In this document: piece after piece, positions 12,154-22,499 of the stretch
Layout: the number at the start of each line of letters is the position of its first letter
How positions within the stretch are numbered: position 1 is the stretch's first letter
Source of the DNA: Actinomycetes bacterium
GTDB lineage: Bacteria; Actinomycetota; Humimicrobiia; Humimicrobiales; Humimicrobiaceae
Direction of reading: 5' to 3'
NCBI GenBank assembly: GCA_022396035.1
Contig: JAIOXO010000001.1
Coordinates: forward strand, 129,769-193,768
DNA length: 64,000 nucleotides
Translations under genes and position numbers: made by a program
Notes under the pieces: model-generated
What the model saw: the letters and a program-made list of their open reading frames with translations, nothing else
What the model was told of the DNA's origin: nothing
Database searches by the model: none

Positions 12154-12660
12154 ATGTTTTTGACTCTATATTTGATTTTGATTTTTGGCAGGGATATTAC
12201 CCGACCCAAAATTATGCTGATTACCGTCCTGTGTGCCTCGGCGGCAACCCTTACCAAACAGGCGGGTATGATCCTATTGGTATTTGCCCTCATCTTTATC
12301 ACCCGGCATCTTCTGGGCAGGAAAATAAGGGGTAAGCAGCTTTTCAGCAGGTTGGCTATCCTTTATTCGGTTCTCCTGTTTTCACTGCTATGGTATTTGC
12401 AGACAATATTAGAGATAAACTGGGGCCGGGACGTACCCCAAATTGGCTACCTTGCTGCTGATATACACCCGGGCCGCAACCTTCTGGAAAGGTTTGTGTA
12501 TGGCATAACTAACCTAAACGGGGGCATATTCCTCTTTTCAGCCATTATGGTATTGGCAGTACTGGGAATCGCTTACAGGAAATCCAGGATTATTACCATT
12601 ACCTTAAAAAAAGCTGCCGGTCAAAAGGCCTGGGAACCAGGTTCCTTTCCGGGACAATAG
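12154..12660 (+). pseudogene. Membrane protein fragment, possibly GT-C/ArnT-like glycosyltransferase
   Basis: Hydrophobic ORF with ATLTKQAG. An upstream out-of-frame GYVDIA suggests truncation or a frameshift. Confidence 0.4.
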
Positions 12661-12840
12661 AGATAATTAAAAAGGAAAATATAAATAGGATCAAACTTAC
12701 CGTAAGCCCTGAAATAAGCAAGCCATAAACCTTTACCATAAGCACGGTTTTAAGTCTAAGGGCCTATATAAAAGCGAATACGGGGAGAGAATAGGCAGGT
12801 TTCTTATAAAACTAAAGCTATAGGTTACCTCAAATTTTTC

Positions 12841-13125
12841 TCATTTGTAATCCATGAACCTGTCAAATACCTCTATAAGCTCCTGAATTTTTTTATCTTT
12901 ATCTTCCTCGGATGAAGAAGACAGCGCAGAAGCCACGCAAGTCTTAACATGGTTCCCCAAAACACCATGGCCTACTTTCTTAAGGCCTCCGCATACTGCA
13001 GAGATTTGCAGCAGTATATCAACGCAGTATTTCCTTTCCTCTACCATCCGCTGCAGCCCCCTGACCTGGCCTTCTATTTTCTTTAGCCTGTTAACAGCAT
13101 CTTTCTGTATTTCCTCAGTTAGCAC
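12841..13125 (-). CDS. csoR: Copper-sensing repressor CsoR
   Basis: RLKKIEGQVRG, YCVDILLQISA, NHVKTC (C-H-C ligand set); lies downstream of copA. Confidence 0.92.
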   Translation of the reverse strand: MLTEEIQKDAVNRLKKIEGQVRGLQRMVEERKYCVDILLQISAVCGGLKKVGHGVLGNHVKTCVASALSSSSEEDKDKKIQELIEVFDRFMDYK

Positions 13126-13422
13126 TTATACCCTCCCACTATTGGTTTTACTCGTAACCGCACTCCTTCAAGCGGTTTAATCCCAGTTTATGCATGACTT
13201 ATCAATTTATAAAAATCCATTGTAAAAACCTGCAATGTCTGCAGTCCTGACATTAAGCAGGGGTTATAATAATATCACAGCATAATCCTCATTAATACCC
13301 AAGCTCCCCTGATGGGTGCATTATCTTCCTTAATAATGCCCGCTGCCTGTTAATCTGACTTTTAGCCCTGGGTAGATATGATATATATTGCCAGAAAACA
13401 GATATAAAGATCGGGCCTTTCC

Positions 13423-15915
13423 TTATGTAGAACCTGCACTATTTTCAGCCTTCTCCTCTGATATATAGGAAGGTTCAATTTTTGCCTTCCTTATGCGGGT
13501 TGAATTAAGCACCACGCTCAAGGAGCTTGTGGCCATAGCCGCAGCCCCAATTATGGGGTGGATTAGCCCCAGAAAGGCAGCGGGGATAGCTATGGCATTA
13601 TAGAACCAGGCCCAGAAATAGTTCTGCCTGATCTTATTAAAAGTGGCATTAGACAGTTTTATTGCAGATATAATGGAACTGAGGTCTCCCCTCACAAGGG
13701 TGATATCTGCTGATTCTATGGCTATATCGGTACCAGCGCCGATGGCTATTCCCACATTGGCCTGTTTTAGGGCCGGAGCATCGTTTATGCCGTCCCCTAC
13801 CATGGCTACATTTTCAAATTCCTCCTGAAGCTTCTTTATTTCATCCACTTTCCCGTCCGGCAGAACCTCGGCCAGATATCTGCTCATGCCCACCTTGCGG
13901 GCAATGGCTTTGGCAGTTCTCTGGTTATCTCCGGTGATCATGACTGTTCTCATTCCCATTTTCTCTATCTCTGCAATAGCCTTTGCCGAGTCTTCTTTAA
14001 GGGTATCGGCTACGGCTATAATACCTGCAAGCTTTCCATCCACCGCCACCAGCATAGCTGTCTTTGCTTCGTCTTCCAGGCCCTCCAGTTCTTTCATATG
14101 TTGTTGGTAAGAGATTTTTTCTGTCTCCATTAATTTGGGGCTCCCTACCAGAACCTTTTTTTGGTCTATGCTGCCGTAAACGCCTTTTCCGGTTACCGAA
14201 GAGAAGTCTCTGACTTCTTTTAAGCCTATATTTCTTTCTTTAGCCTGTTTTACCATAGCCTCGCCCAGAGGATGCTCAGAAGCAGCTTCCACGCTGGCAG
14301 CATAAACAAGGAGATCCCTGTCAATAAAACCATTAAGGGGGATAAGGTCGGTGACCTCTGGTTTTCCTTTGGTTATTGTACCTGTTTTGTCAAAAGCAAT
14401 TACCCTTATATTCTTCATCGTCTGTATGGCTTCGCCTTTCCTGATTAAAATCCCTTTTTCAGCTCCCAAGCCGCTGCCCACCATGATAGCTGTGGGGGTA
14501 GCCAATCCCAGTGCGCAGGGGCAGGAGATAACCAGAACGGCTATGGTAGCCAGTATGGCCAGTGAAAAAACCGGTATAGCAGTAGTGCTCCAGGGAAAAT
14601 TAAAATATTCAACAATAGCTATGTGGAAATCAGGAAAAACCATCCAGGAGACAAAAGCGAGGATGGATACAACAATCACCACCGGCACAAAGTACCCGGT
14701 AACCCGGTCTGCAAATTCCTGGATGGGCACCTTGGATCCCTGGCATTCTTCTACCATTTTAATAACCTGAGCCAGAAAGGTATCCTTGCCCACTTTTGTA
14801 GCCTTTACTTTTAACAAGCCGTGCTTGTTAATAGTGGAGCCAATTACAGCGTCCCCCTTTACTCTTCTCACCGGCAGTGATTCTCCGGTGGCCATGGATT
14901 CGTCTACCGTGCTCTGGCCGTCAATTACCACCCCGTCCGAGGGAATTTTTTCACCAGGACGGACCACCATGACCTGCCCCACCCGCACTTCCTCAACAGG
15001 AACCTCTATTTCTTTTCCTTCCACCATAATGCGCGCATTCTTTGCTTCCAGCTCAAGCAGCTTTTTAATCGCCTGTGAAGCCCTTCCCTTGGCCTTTGCT
15101 TCCAGATACCTTCCTACCAAATGAAGGGTAAGGATAGCAGTAGCCATCTCCACAAAAGAGGTGATTGGAAGCCAGAAAGTCAAAATATTAAGCAGATAGG
15201 GGACCAAAGAGCCCAGGGTTACCAGCGTATCCATATTGGGGCTAAGGTTTTTTATTGACTTAAACGCACCGCGGTGCGTTTCCCAACCGGCAATAAATAT
15301 TACCGGAAAACCAAGGATATATATAATCGGAAAATAATAGGGAATGGCTACCACAAACATATGTATAGCCATCATAATCATGATAGGGCCGGCCAAGGAA
15401 ATTGCAAACCACATCCGCCTTGCAGTATGTGACATCTGCTCCATGGCTTTATCTTTTTCCTCTTCCTTTTTTTCTCCGGTTAATTCATATCCCAGGCCCT
15501 GCACGATTTTTTTAAATTCCACCTGGCTGATAGCCGAGGGGTCGTATTTAACCGTCAGTTTTTCCATAGGAAAATTGACGCTGGCCCGCACAACTCCATC
15601 CCTGCTGTTTAATTCCTTTTCTATTTTCTGGGCACAGCTTGCACAGCTCATGCCTGAAATTTTGAAGGTAACGGTTAATGCCTCTTCCTGGCTTGCCTTT
15701 GCATCATATCCTTCATTCCTTATTACTTCTATCAGCTTTTCCTCATTTACCCTCCGAAAATCATAGCTTATAAAAGCCTTTTCAGCTGCAAAGTTTACCC
15801 GGGCAGACTCGACTCCTTCCGTTTTTGAAAGCGCCTTTTCAATCCGCTGGGCACAGCTGGCACAGCTCATGCCTATTAATGCTAACGCAATCTTTTCATT
15901 CTTTACTTTATTCAT
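13423..15915 (-). CDS. copA: Cu(I)-translocating P1B-type ATPase
   Basis: Two GMSCASC metal-binding domains, [27 protein letters not shown] and MATSS motifs. Confidence 0.95.
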   Translation of the reverse strand: MNKVKNEKIALALIGMSCASCAQRIEKALSKTEGVESARVNFAAEKAFISYDFRRVNEEKLIEVIRNEGYDAKASQEEALTVTFKISGMSCASCAQKIEKELNSRDGVVRASVNFPMEKLTVKYDPSAISQVEFKKIVQGLGYELTGEKKEEEKDKAMEQMSHTARRMWFAISLAGPIMIMMAIHMFVVAIPYYFPIIYILGFPVIFIAGWETHRGAFKSIKNLSPNMDTLVTLGSLVPYLLNILTFWLPITSFVEMATAILTLHLVGRYLEAKAKGRASQAIKKLLELEAKNARIMVEGKEIEVPVEEVRVGQVMVVRPGEKIPSDGVVIDGQSTVDESMATGESLPVRRVKGDAVIGSTINKHGLLKVKATKVGKDTFLAQVIKMVEECQGSKVPIQEFADRVTGYFVPVVIVVSILAFVSWMVFPDFHIAIVEYFNFPWSTTAIPVFSLAILATIAVLVISCPCALGLATPTAIMVGSGLGAEKGILIRKGEAIQTMKNIRVIAFDKTGTITKGKPEVTDLIPLNGFIDRDLLVYAASVEAASEHPLGEAMVKQAKERNIGLKEVRDFSSVTGKGVYGSIDQKKVLVGSPKLMETEKISYQQHMKELEGLEDEAKTAMLVAVDGKLAGIIAVADTLKEDSAKAIAEIEKMGMRTVMITGDNQRTAKAIARKVGMSRYLAEVLPDGKVDEIKKLQEEFENVAMVGDGINDAPALKQANVGIAIGAGTDIAIESADITLVRGDLSSIISAIKLSNATFNKIRQNYFWAWFYNAIAIPAAFLGLIHPIIGAAAMATSSLSVVLNSTRIRKAKIEPSYISEEKAENSAGST

Positions 15916-16077
15916 ATATCTTAAAGCCCCTCCTGCAAGCTATATAATTATAAGTGGCATTTTTTTAAATACTACAGCATCAAACTTCTTTCGCAAATTA
16001 TCAATTTAACAGGCTAATAAATCATCCAAATAGCTACCAGCCCTTTTGGCCTCTTTAGTCATAAATTGTTAATTACA

Positions 16078-16620
16078 TTATCCATTTTTCCATTTAAACT
16101 GTATAGGTTTTCTCTCATCTATACTCTCAATAGTTAATTTTACCCACTCTACATCCTCTTCCAGAAGCGAATCCCCGCCCTCCAAATTGGGAACCATTAA
16201 TACCCCCATGATATGGGATTCATTACTGTGTTCATGTTCCTGCCACTCGAATCCCTGGCTAACCTTTCTTCCTTTGCTGTCCTCCAGGGTTACTGAATCT
16301 GTTATTTTATAATCACCTACCTTTTCGGTGTATATATCTATCATAACTTGGAAAACCAGATAGTTGTCTCCCATTTCCTGGAATGGGTTTAAAAAAATTA
16401 CCTGAGCCTGTATTCCGTCTTTAACCGGGTCGCCGTTAATTTGGCAAAACTGCAAAAACTGCTCCCGGGATATTGGCTGATTAAGATCCAGCATATTTTC
16501 TTCTACCGCCGGCTGTTCATCGGGAACAAACTCATAATCGCTTGAAACCCGATCCAATCCAAATGCTGCCAGAATTGATAATATAAAAACAACCACGGTA
16601 ATTAAATTAAACCTTTTCAT
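16078..16620 (-). CDS. Hypothetical exported or membrane-anchored protein
   Basis: N-terminal hydrophobic segment, His-rich EHEHSNESH, start overlapping the upstream stop. Confidence 0.7.
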   Translation of the reverse strand: MKRFNLITVVVFILSILAAFGLDRVSSDYEFVPDEQPAVEENMLDLNQPISREQFLQFCQINGDPVKDGIQAQVIFLNPFQEMGDNYLVFQVMIDIYTEKVGDYKITDSVTLEDSKGRKVSQGFEWQEHEHSNESHIMGVLMVPNLEGGDSLLEEDVEWVKLTIESIDERKPIQFKWKNG

Positions 16621-18932
16621 CTCCCCAGTCTCCAGCCCTTTTCATAAAGAGGCATCAACAAAAACAGCAATAGATAAATAAGTGCCCCTGCTGCCAGAGT
16701 ATAGGTAAAACCTAATTTCATAGAAATTATGACAGCCAATACCGAACCTCCCACCGACATGATACCGTTTACCCCCCATACAAGGGGAACGGCGTTTTCC
16801 TTTTTTGCCTTTTTTAATATCCTGATTCCGTAGGGAAAGGGCATGCCCATAAAAAACCCCAGAGGGAAAAGTATACCCACAGAAGTTAACATCCTTATAT
16901 CATTGGATGAAACAATCCATTTATTCATAAGCCCGGTTAATAGGAAATAAACGGCAGCTGTTAAAAATGGAATAACCAGCAGAGGCAGGTATTTGCCCCT
17001 CCATTGAAATTTTCTCCAGCTCCCTACCAGACTGCCTGTTCCTCCGCCCGCCAGCAAAGCAATCAAGGTAATTATAAAGGAGCGGGTGGGATGCCCCAAC
17101 AGAAGTGAGAACATCTGTATGAGGGGAATCTCGATCAGCATAAATGCTGTGCCCAGTCCAATGAAATAGTATGGTGACCTCTTCATATTGTTCCTTTTGA
17201 AGGCAGGTTTGAAAAACAATGGTGCCAGCAGGGCTGCAGCCAGCAGGCTGACCAAAACCATATCCACTCCCCGGTTAAAATCAAAGAAAAACGGTTTGTT
17301 GTCAGTAGTGGGCACAAAGTTCATATTCTCCTTAAAGTAATAATCTGAGGTGCTTAAATTACCATCGCTAAATCCCTTCAAGATGCTGTCCTCTTTTAAA
17401 TAAGGAAGATGAAGCGGGGAATGCATACGGCTATCTATAATCTCTTGAAGCTGCCCTGTTTCAGGTATGGTAAACGGTGATTTTTTAACCACTACCAGCG
17501 GCATTAAAATATTATCATCATGGCTTTCCCCACTATTTTGACTGACCATCACAATATGGCTGGCAATCTGACTTCTGTCTACTCCAGCCTCTTCCAAGGC
17601 TTCTGCTATAGTCAGGGTCATTTTTCTCAAATCATTAGCATCATGGAGAATAAAAGATATTCTGCCATCATCATCCAAAACTGACCAATAATCCCTGATG
17701 GCTTCTTTTGTATAAATAAAATTCTCAGCTAAGGCATAACCCGTCGTCTCTGCAACCCCAGTCATAACCTGGGCAAGATAGATTATATCGTATTGCTCCC
17801 CGGACTGTTTTACAAAATTTCTTCCATCCTGGATGAATGTATCAACCTCATCCCTTCCATAAATATCTCCATTGTATTGGGCATATCTTTTGACCATATC
17901 CACACTTCCGCCGCTGATTTCAACCGCGTCAATGTCTTTGCTGCCGGCCAGCAATGCCAATACTATATCCTTTCCGCCCCCTGGTCCTATAAGAAGTACC
18001 TTTTCATTCTTCCCCATATCAAACGGCAAATAGTTTAAATCTTCTCTGAGATACTCCATTTTGCTTAAATCTCCGTCAAATCGCAGCATCTGGGAGTTTG
18101 CCCCGCCATCTATGGTAACTACTTTACTTTTATCATCATTAGAGGTATCAATAACATCGGTCCTTGAATAAGCATCCCAGGACCAATCTTCCAGCTTGTG
18201 CTCTAGGTTTGCCATTCTAATCCTTGCCAGTGAAGTCATTGGGCTTGTAAAATATCCCCTGAACCTGCTTTCAAATTGTTCAACTCCGGGCTGGTAGGAC
18301 CCCACCAGCACTAAAACCGCCATAAAAACAATTGATGCTAATCTCAGCTTACTGTTATTTAGCCTCCAGGCTAAAATAAGGGCAGAGATAAGGGCAAATC
18401 CGGAAACAAGCAGTATTGTATTGGCAACACCCAGCTGATTCATAAAAATGACTACACCCAGACTGCCAGCCCCCGCGCCAAAAAGATCGGCGAAGTATAA
18501 CCTGTGGCTATCTTCCGGCATGATTTTAAAAATTGTGGAAATAAAGATTCCCCCTAAAATATAGGGAATAGCAGCCAGAAGGGAATAAAACACAAACAGA
18601 TTCATAAACGGCAGTTTAAATATCAGCGAAAAAATACCTATATATGATGCTGATAACAGTAAAAGCCATCCCGGGAGCCGGCTTATAAGCTGTTTTTCAG
18701 TACTCTTCCTGCCCAATCTATAGACAATCATTCCTCCTATGCCCAAGCCAAATATAGCCATCGAAGTCAGCATAAACACAAAATGGTACCTGAGCATAGG
18801 AGAAAACACCCTGGTAAGGACGACCTGGAAGACAAACATGGATACTGATACTAAAAATAAGCTTACCAGCAATGGCGGCAGGGAAATGCTTCTACTTAGA
18901 TTATCTCTTTTTAATTTATTCTCTTTCATCAA
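16617..18932 (-). CDS. Multi-TM membrane protein with a central spermidine-synthase-like SAM-binding domain
   Basis: LYFADLFGAGAG, LLIGPGGGKD, DAVEIS, DGRNF, AENFIYTKEA, PTTDNKPFFF, WGVNG. Confidence 0.85.
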   Translation of the reverse strand: MMKENKLKRDNLSRSISLPPLLVSLFLVSVSMFVFQVVLTRVFSPMLRYHFVFMLTSMAIFGLGIGGMIVYRLGRKSTEKQLISRLPGWLLLLSASYIGIFSLIFKLPFMNLFVFYSLLAAIPYILGGIFISTIFKIMPEDSHRLYFADLFGAGAGSLGVVIFMNQLGVANTILLVSGFALISALILAWRLNNSKLRLASIVFMAVLVLVGSYQPGVEQFESRFRGYFTSPMTSLARIRMANLEHKLEDWSWDAYSRTDVIDTSNDDKSKVVTIDGGANSQMLRFDGDLSKMEYLREDLNYLPFDMGKNEKVLLIGPGGGKDIVLALLAGSKDIDAVEISGGSVDMVKRYAQYNGDIYGRDEVDTFIQDGRNFVKQSGEQYDIIYLAQVMTGVAETTGYALAENFIYTKEAIRDYWSVLDDDGRISFILHDANDLRKMTLTIAEALEEAGVDRSQIASHIVMVSQNSGESHDDNILMPLVVVKKSPFTIPETGQLQEIIDSRMHSPLHLPYLKEDSILKGFSDGNLSTSDYYFKENMNFVPTTDNKPFFFDFNRGVDMVLVSLLAAALLAPLFFKPAFKRNNMKRSPYYFIGLGTAFMLIEIPLIQMFSLLLGHPTRSFIITLIALLAGGGTGSLVGSWRKFQWRGKYLPLLVIPFLTAAVYFLLTGLMNKWIVSSNDIRMLTSVGILFPLGFFMGMPFPYGIRILKKAKKENAVPLVWGVNGIMSVGGSVLAVIISMKLGFTYTLAAGALIYLLLFLLMPLYEKGWRLGR

Positions 18933-19040
18933 TTAAACCTACCCAGACATTTCTGCCTGCTGTCCTATTATTTGTTAAATCATCCCCGCCGGATAAAGAA
19001 GCCAGGGTAAATGCTCCAAGTTTTTTACCGGTTAGCTTTT

Positions 19041-19259
19041 TTAGTGGCATGTTTTACGTTTCCCATCACCTGAATCGGAAAGGTTTTGGATAAAATTCTT
19101 ATCTATCCCCCCGCCTACAAAGCTCTGCGGATTCTCTTTAAAGGTCTGCCTGCAGGCAGCCGAATCAAAATAATAGGTTCTGCCGTTTAATTTATACCGA
19201 TATGGAGTTTTTTTTCCAACCTTCACCTTGCATACCGGATCCTTGGCTCTGCCCCACAT
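19041..19259 (-). CDS. YHS-domain protein
   Basis: KDPVC ... GRTYYFDSAACRQTFKENP. Confidence 0.8.
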   Translation of the reverse strand: MWGRAKDPVCKVKVGKKTPYRYKLNGRTYYFDSAACRQTFKENPQSFVGGGIDKNFIQNLSDSGDGKRKTCH

Positions 19260-19394
19260 AATTTCCCCCTTTATGCTTTTTTTTCCTGTTGATTTAAATA
19301 GCTTTGCGGCTTCAGCATTTTCCCTGGATTTCCATAAGGATAAATAATTTCTTTTTAAGCAATTAAATGATGATTCTGCGTAGCAACAACTGTT

Positions 19395-19556
19395 TCATTC
19401 TTTTTTTCCTAAATATTTCTCAGGGAATTTTTCAAACTGAGTCTTGCAGCCTTCTGCACAGAAATAATAAGTTCTACCTTTATATTCTGAAGTTGCCGCT
19501 GCTCCACTTTTGTCAATTTTCATTCCGCAAACCGGATCTATTACTTTTTCTGCCAT
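19395..19556 (-). CDS. Small YHS-domain protein (53 aa, absent from the ORF track)
   Basis: Manual translation MAEKVIDPVCGMKIDKSGAAATSEYKGRTYYFCAEGCKTQFEKFPEKYLGKKE; RBS GGAGGTG upstream. Confidence 0.88.
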   Translation of the reverse strand: MAEKVIDPVCGMKIDKSGAAATSEYKGRTYYFCAEGCKTQFEKFPEKYLGKKE

Positions 19557-19599
19557 TTTATTCACCTCCCATCATTTAGCTTTAAGTAAAAATACATAT

Positions 19600-19650
19600 T
19601 ATACCCTTACAGGGTACCTGTATAATACCTTTAATTTTTATGGGTGTCAA
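19600..19650 (-). promoter_or_regulatory. Promoter with CsoR-type operator (YHS-copA operon)
   Basis: TTGACA-N17-TATTAT; palindrome TACCCT-TAC-AGGGTA at 19602-19616. Confidence 0.8.
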
Positions 19651-19772
19651 GTGCACCATTGCTTTAAGTATTTTTTAACTGCGGCTTCCAGGCTCAAAGT
19701 CAAAAACAGAGCCCTGTTTAATCCTATTATACGAGAACAATGATTATAAAAGGCATCTCTTAAAAAAATATC

Positions 19773-19806
19773 TGCATATTCCGGTTAAGCCGGACACCTG
19801 TTCCGG
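19773..19806 (+). mobile_element. Orphan IS21-family-like terminal sequence
   Basis: TGCATATTCCGGTTAAGCCGGACACCTGTTCCGG resembles IS408-group ends; no istA/istB follows. Confidence 0.4.
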
Positions 19807-19980
19807 GTTTATAAATTCAGAAGGCCTTGCAGAAAAAATACTATAGCCGGAATTGAAAAGTGAATATAAATTCCTCTGATTTTTTTTATAAGGCAGCCTT
19901 CACTGAAAAACGGCCCGGGGGAAATTAGATAAGCCCATACAATTTAAATCTAATAATTAGAAAGCTAAATCATAAGCTCA

Positions 19981-20778
19981 TTATGTTTCTAATTTTTTTT
20001 CTTCCTTAAATTTCCTTATTACATAGCCGCTAATAAAAAGAGCAGCAGCTAAAGCAATTATATTTATAACATAAACAACCTTTATTGTTCCGATATATGA
20101 ACTATCTATCCTGTATGACTCTATAAAGGTTCTATAAACAGCATATACGCCCAGATACATCGAAAATATCAAACCAGAGGGAATTCTATTTGGTTTATTT
20201 TTATAAAACCTGTGCATTACCAGAAGCAGAAAGAATAAAGAAAAATTTATAACTGACTCATAAAAAAAAGTAGGATGGAAATACTCGTAGCTTGCATAAC
20301 CATAGGGCCTGTGTGCAGGATCAATGTAAATACCCCAGGGGAGGCTGGTTGGCCTTCCAAAAGCTTCCTGATTAAAATAATTGCCCCATCTGCCTATGGC
20401 CTGGCCCAGAATTAAAGCCGGTACCAGGATATCAGCCCATAACCAAAGGTCTAATTTCCTTATTTTAACAAACAGCAAAAGGGCGATAAAGCCGCCCATG
20501 ATAACCCCGTGGATGGCAAGACCGCCGCTTCTGAAACTTAATATAAGGGCCGGATGGTTGATATAATAGGACCAGTTAACTGCAACATGCAGGAGTCTGG
20601 CACCAATTATGGAAAGTATTATTGCAAAGGGTGCAAAATTTAATATTTCCTCTTCTTTTTGGCCTCTGTATTTTGCAAGCAAATAGCTTACCAACAGTCC
20701 GGTTATAAGGGATACGGAAATTAAAATTCCGTACCATCTTACTTCTAATCCTAACACACTAAAAGCAGTAGGATCCAT
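19981..20778 (-). CDS. lgt: Prolipoprotein diacylglyceryl transferase
   Basis: VRWYG, GGLAIHG, GQAIGRWGNYFNQEAFG, HPTFFYES. Confidence 0.93.
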   Translation of the reverse strand: MDPTAFSVLGLEVRWYGILISVSLITGLLVSYLLAKYRGQKEEEILNFAPFAIILSIIGARLLHVAVNWSYYINHPALILSFRSGGLAIHGVIMGGFIALLLFVKIRKLDLWLWADILVPALILGQAIGRWGNYFNQEAFGRPTSLPWGIYIDPAHRPYGYASYEYFHPTFFYESVINFSLFFLLLVMHRFYKNKPNRIPSGLIFSMYLGVYAVYRTFIESYRIDSSYIGTIKVVYVINIIALAAALFISGYVIRKFKEEKKLET

Positions 20779-20857
20779 TTTAAATATTTCTCCTTATATA
20801 TATTTTTGTACCGTATTTTCTAATTTATCCTCTAACTGATATAAAAATCTATGCTTC

Positions 20858-20910
20858 TATACCCCTACCTGGTATCTGTATATACTACAGCCATTGCTGC
20901 TGCGTGTCAA
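20858..20910 (-). promoter_or_regulatory. Promoter with CsoR-type operator upstream of lgt
   Basis: TTGACA-N17-TAGTAT; ATACC-CCTACCT-GGTAT at 20859-20875. Confidence 0.7.
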
Positions 20911-20996
20911 GCTCTGTACCGGTTAGCTTATTATTTACATAAACAATCTTCCAATTTAAGGCCACTGCTTTCTTCCTTAAAAGGTTTATATCCTTT

Positions 20997-21683
20997 TTAT
21001 GCTCTAAGGTTTGAAAAAAATACATTCAGTTTAAAAAACACAAATAATTCCAAAGATGTCAGGGCTAAGGATATTACTGAAGGCAATATAAGATATCTGC
21101 TTATTACCCTTCGGGCTTTATTGGCAAACATTGGTATCAAAATTATCATTAGAAGGTTCACAAAATAAAAGGTGAATATTACTGAAAAAGCAGAAAGGTA
21201 GTAATAGAATAGTGATAAGAAACCAAGCCGAAGCAGGGTCATGATTATAAAAAATATCAGTATTAAAAAATAGACTATTAATTTTATTGGACTTTTGAAA
21301 ATTTTTAAGTCATCAGACTTTTGGTAATACTGCCTGTTAAATACCGGAAATATAATAGCTGTAATTGATGACCCTGCTAAAAATCCAGTTATAAACCTTA
21401 TATTATTGCTTGATTCATATATACCCAAATGAGACAGCACCCAATCTATTGCAGTTGATGCAATTAATAGAAAGAAAATTATTAGAACATATACTGACGC
21501 TAATTCATTTTCTTTGCTGAACAAAAAAAACAGTATTATTGCTGAAATCAAAAAGCCAAGGTATATACCTGTAGTTCTTCCACACAATGGCAGATAAATA
21601 CCTCCTATTACCAGGGTTCTGGAAGGTATCTGGTGGCAAACCGAAGAACCAATTTTATTTGCTAAAAAATAGATAAAGACCAT
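20997..21683 (-). CDS. DUF2085-family membrane protein
   Basis: VCHQIPSRT ... LPLCGRTTGIYLG, SNNIRFITG. Confidence 0.8.
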   Translation of the reverse strand: MVFIYFLANKIGSSVCHQIPSRTLVIGGIYLPLCGRTTGIYLGFLISAIILFFLFSKENELASVYVLIIFFLLIASTAIDWVLSHLGIYESSNNIRFITGFLAGSSITAIIFPVFNRQYYQKSDDLKIFKSPIKLIVYFLILIFFIIMTLLRLGFLSLFYYYLSAFSVIFTFYFVNLLMIILIPMFANKARRVISRYLILPSVISLALTSLELFVFFKLNVFFSNLRA

Positions 21684-21762
21684 ATTTTTTAAACTGGAAG
21701 TTATGCAGCCATATTAATTTTGTTGCCTGAATCCCTTTAAGGATTTAGGCAACAAAAAAAGC

Positions 21763-22440
21763 TTATAAAAATTTATTCTTTTGCGTGGCTGCGTGGCTGC
21801 CTTTCTTTGGAAACCTAAACATAAATGCTGAAACATTACTCCTGTATTCCACATAGCTTAAACCAAATATCCTTTCCATTTCTTTTTCTTCTCTTTTAGA
21901 CAGAGCTATATAAAAGAAAATAAGGACAGGCCACATCAAAATAGTTATGATTGTAGGCCATTGGATCATGGCTCCAGTAGTTACAAAAAATATGCCTAAG
22001 TACTGGGGATGCCGGATATATCCATAAATACCGTCGGTAACCAGCTGGTTGTCAGCTCTATGGATTTTTCTCCATCCGGCTACTATCACCCAGATTCCCC
22101 CAACCATAACCAGACTCCCCAGCAGGCAGATAAGTGCTCCTGCCCAGTTTGGGAGGCCCAGCAGTGTTCCCCAGAGATGGCCTTTCAAGTGGCTAAAGGG
22201 GTCGTTTATGCCTAATTTATTTATCAGCAATGGTGAAAGAAAATATATGGTTAGCGGAAAACCGTACATCTCTAAAAATAATGCCACTATAAAACCGGTA
22301 AAGACGCCCAGCGATCTCCATTCGTATTTTTTTTTGTTTTTGGGCAGCAAAAAACTAAATATAAAAAAGACAAATATTGAAATATGAATTATAGCCAGGG
22401 GCCAAAGACCGTAATCATAAATTCTGCCCAAACCATCCAT
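21763..22440 (-). CDS. Isoprenylcysteine carboxyl methyltransferase (Ste14/PEMT-like) family membrane protein
   Basis: ALFLEMYGFPLTIY, LVTDGIYGYIRHPQY, REEKEM. Confidence 0.85.
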   Translation of the reverse strand: MDGLGRIYDYGLWPLAIIHISIFVFFIFSFLLPKNKKKYEWRSLGVFTGFIVALFLEMYGFPLTIYFLSPLLINKLGINDPFSHLKGHLWGTLLGLPNWAGALICLLGSLVMVGGIWVIVAGWRKIHRADNQLVTDGIYGYIRHPQYLGIFFVTTGAMIQWPTIITILMWPVLIFFYIALSKREEKEMERIFGLSYVEYRSNVSAFMFRFPKKGSHAATQKNKFL

Positions 22441-22499
22441 CTATGGTCTCCCGCTTCCTTTAAACCTTATAATAACGTGTAATTTCCAGCCAAAGTTAA

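Noticed and set aside
13127-13147. TATACCCTCCC upstream of csoR as a fourth CsoR box
   Set aside because: The second half-site and the CTGTA tail are missing, and the C tract is explained by the GGGAGGG ribosome-binding site.
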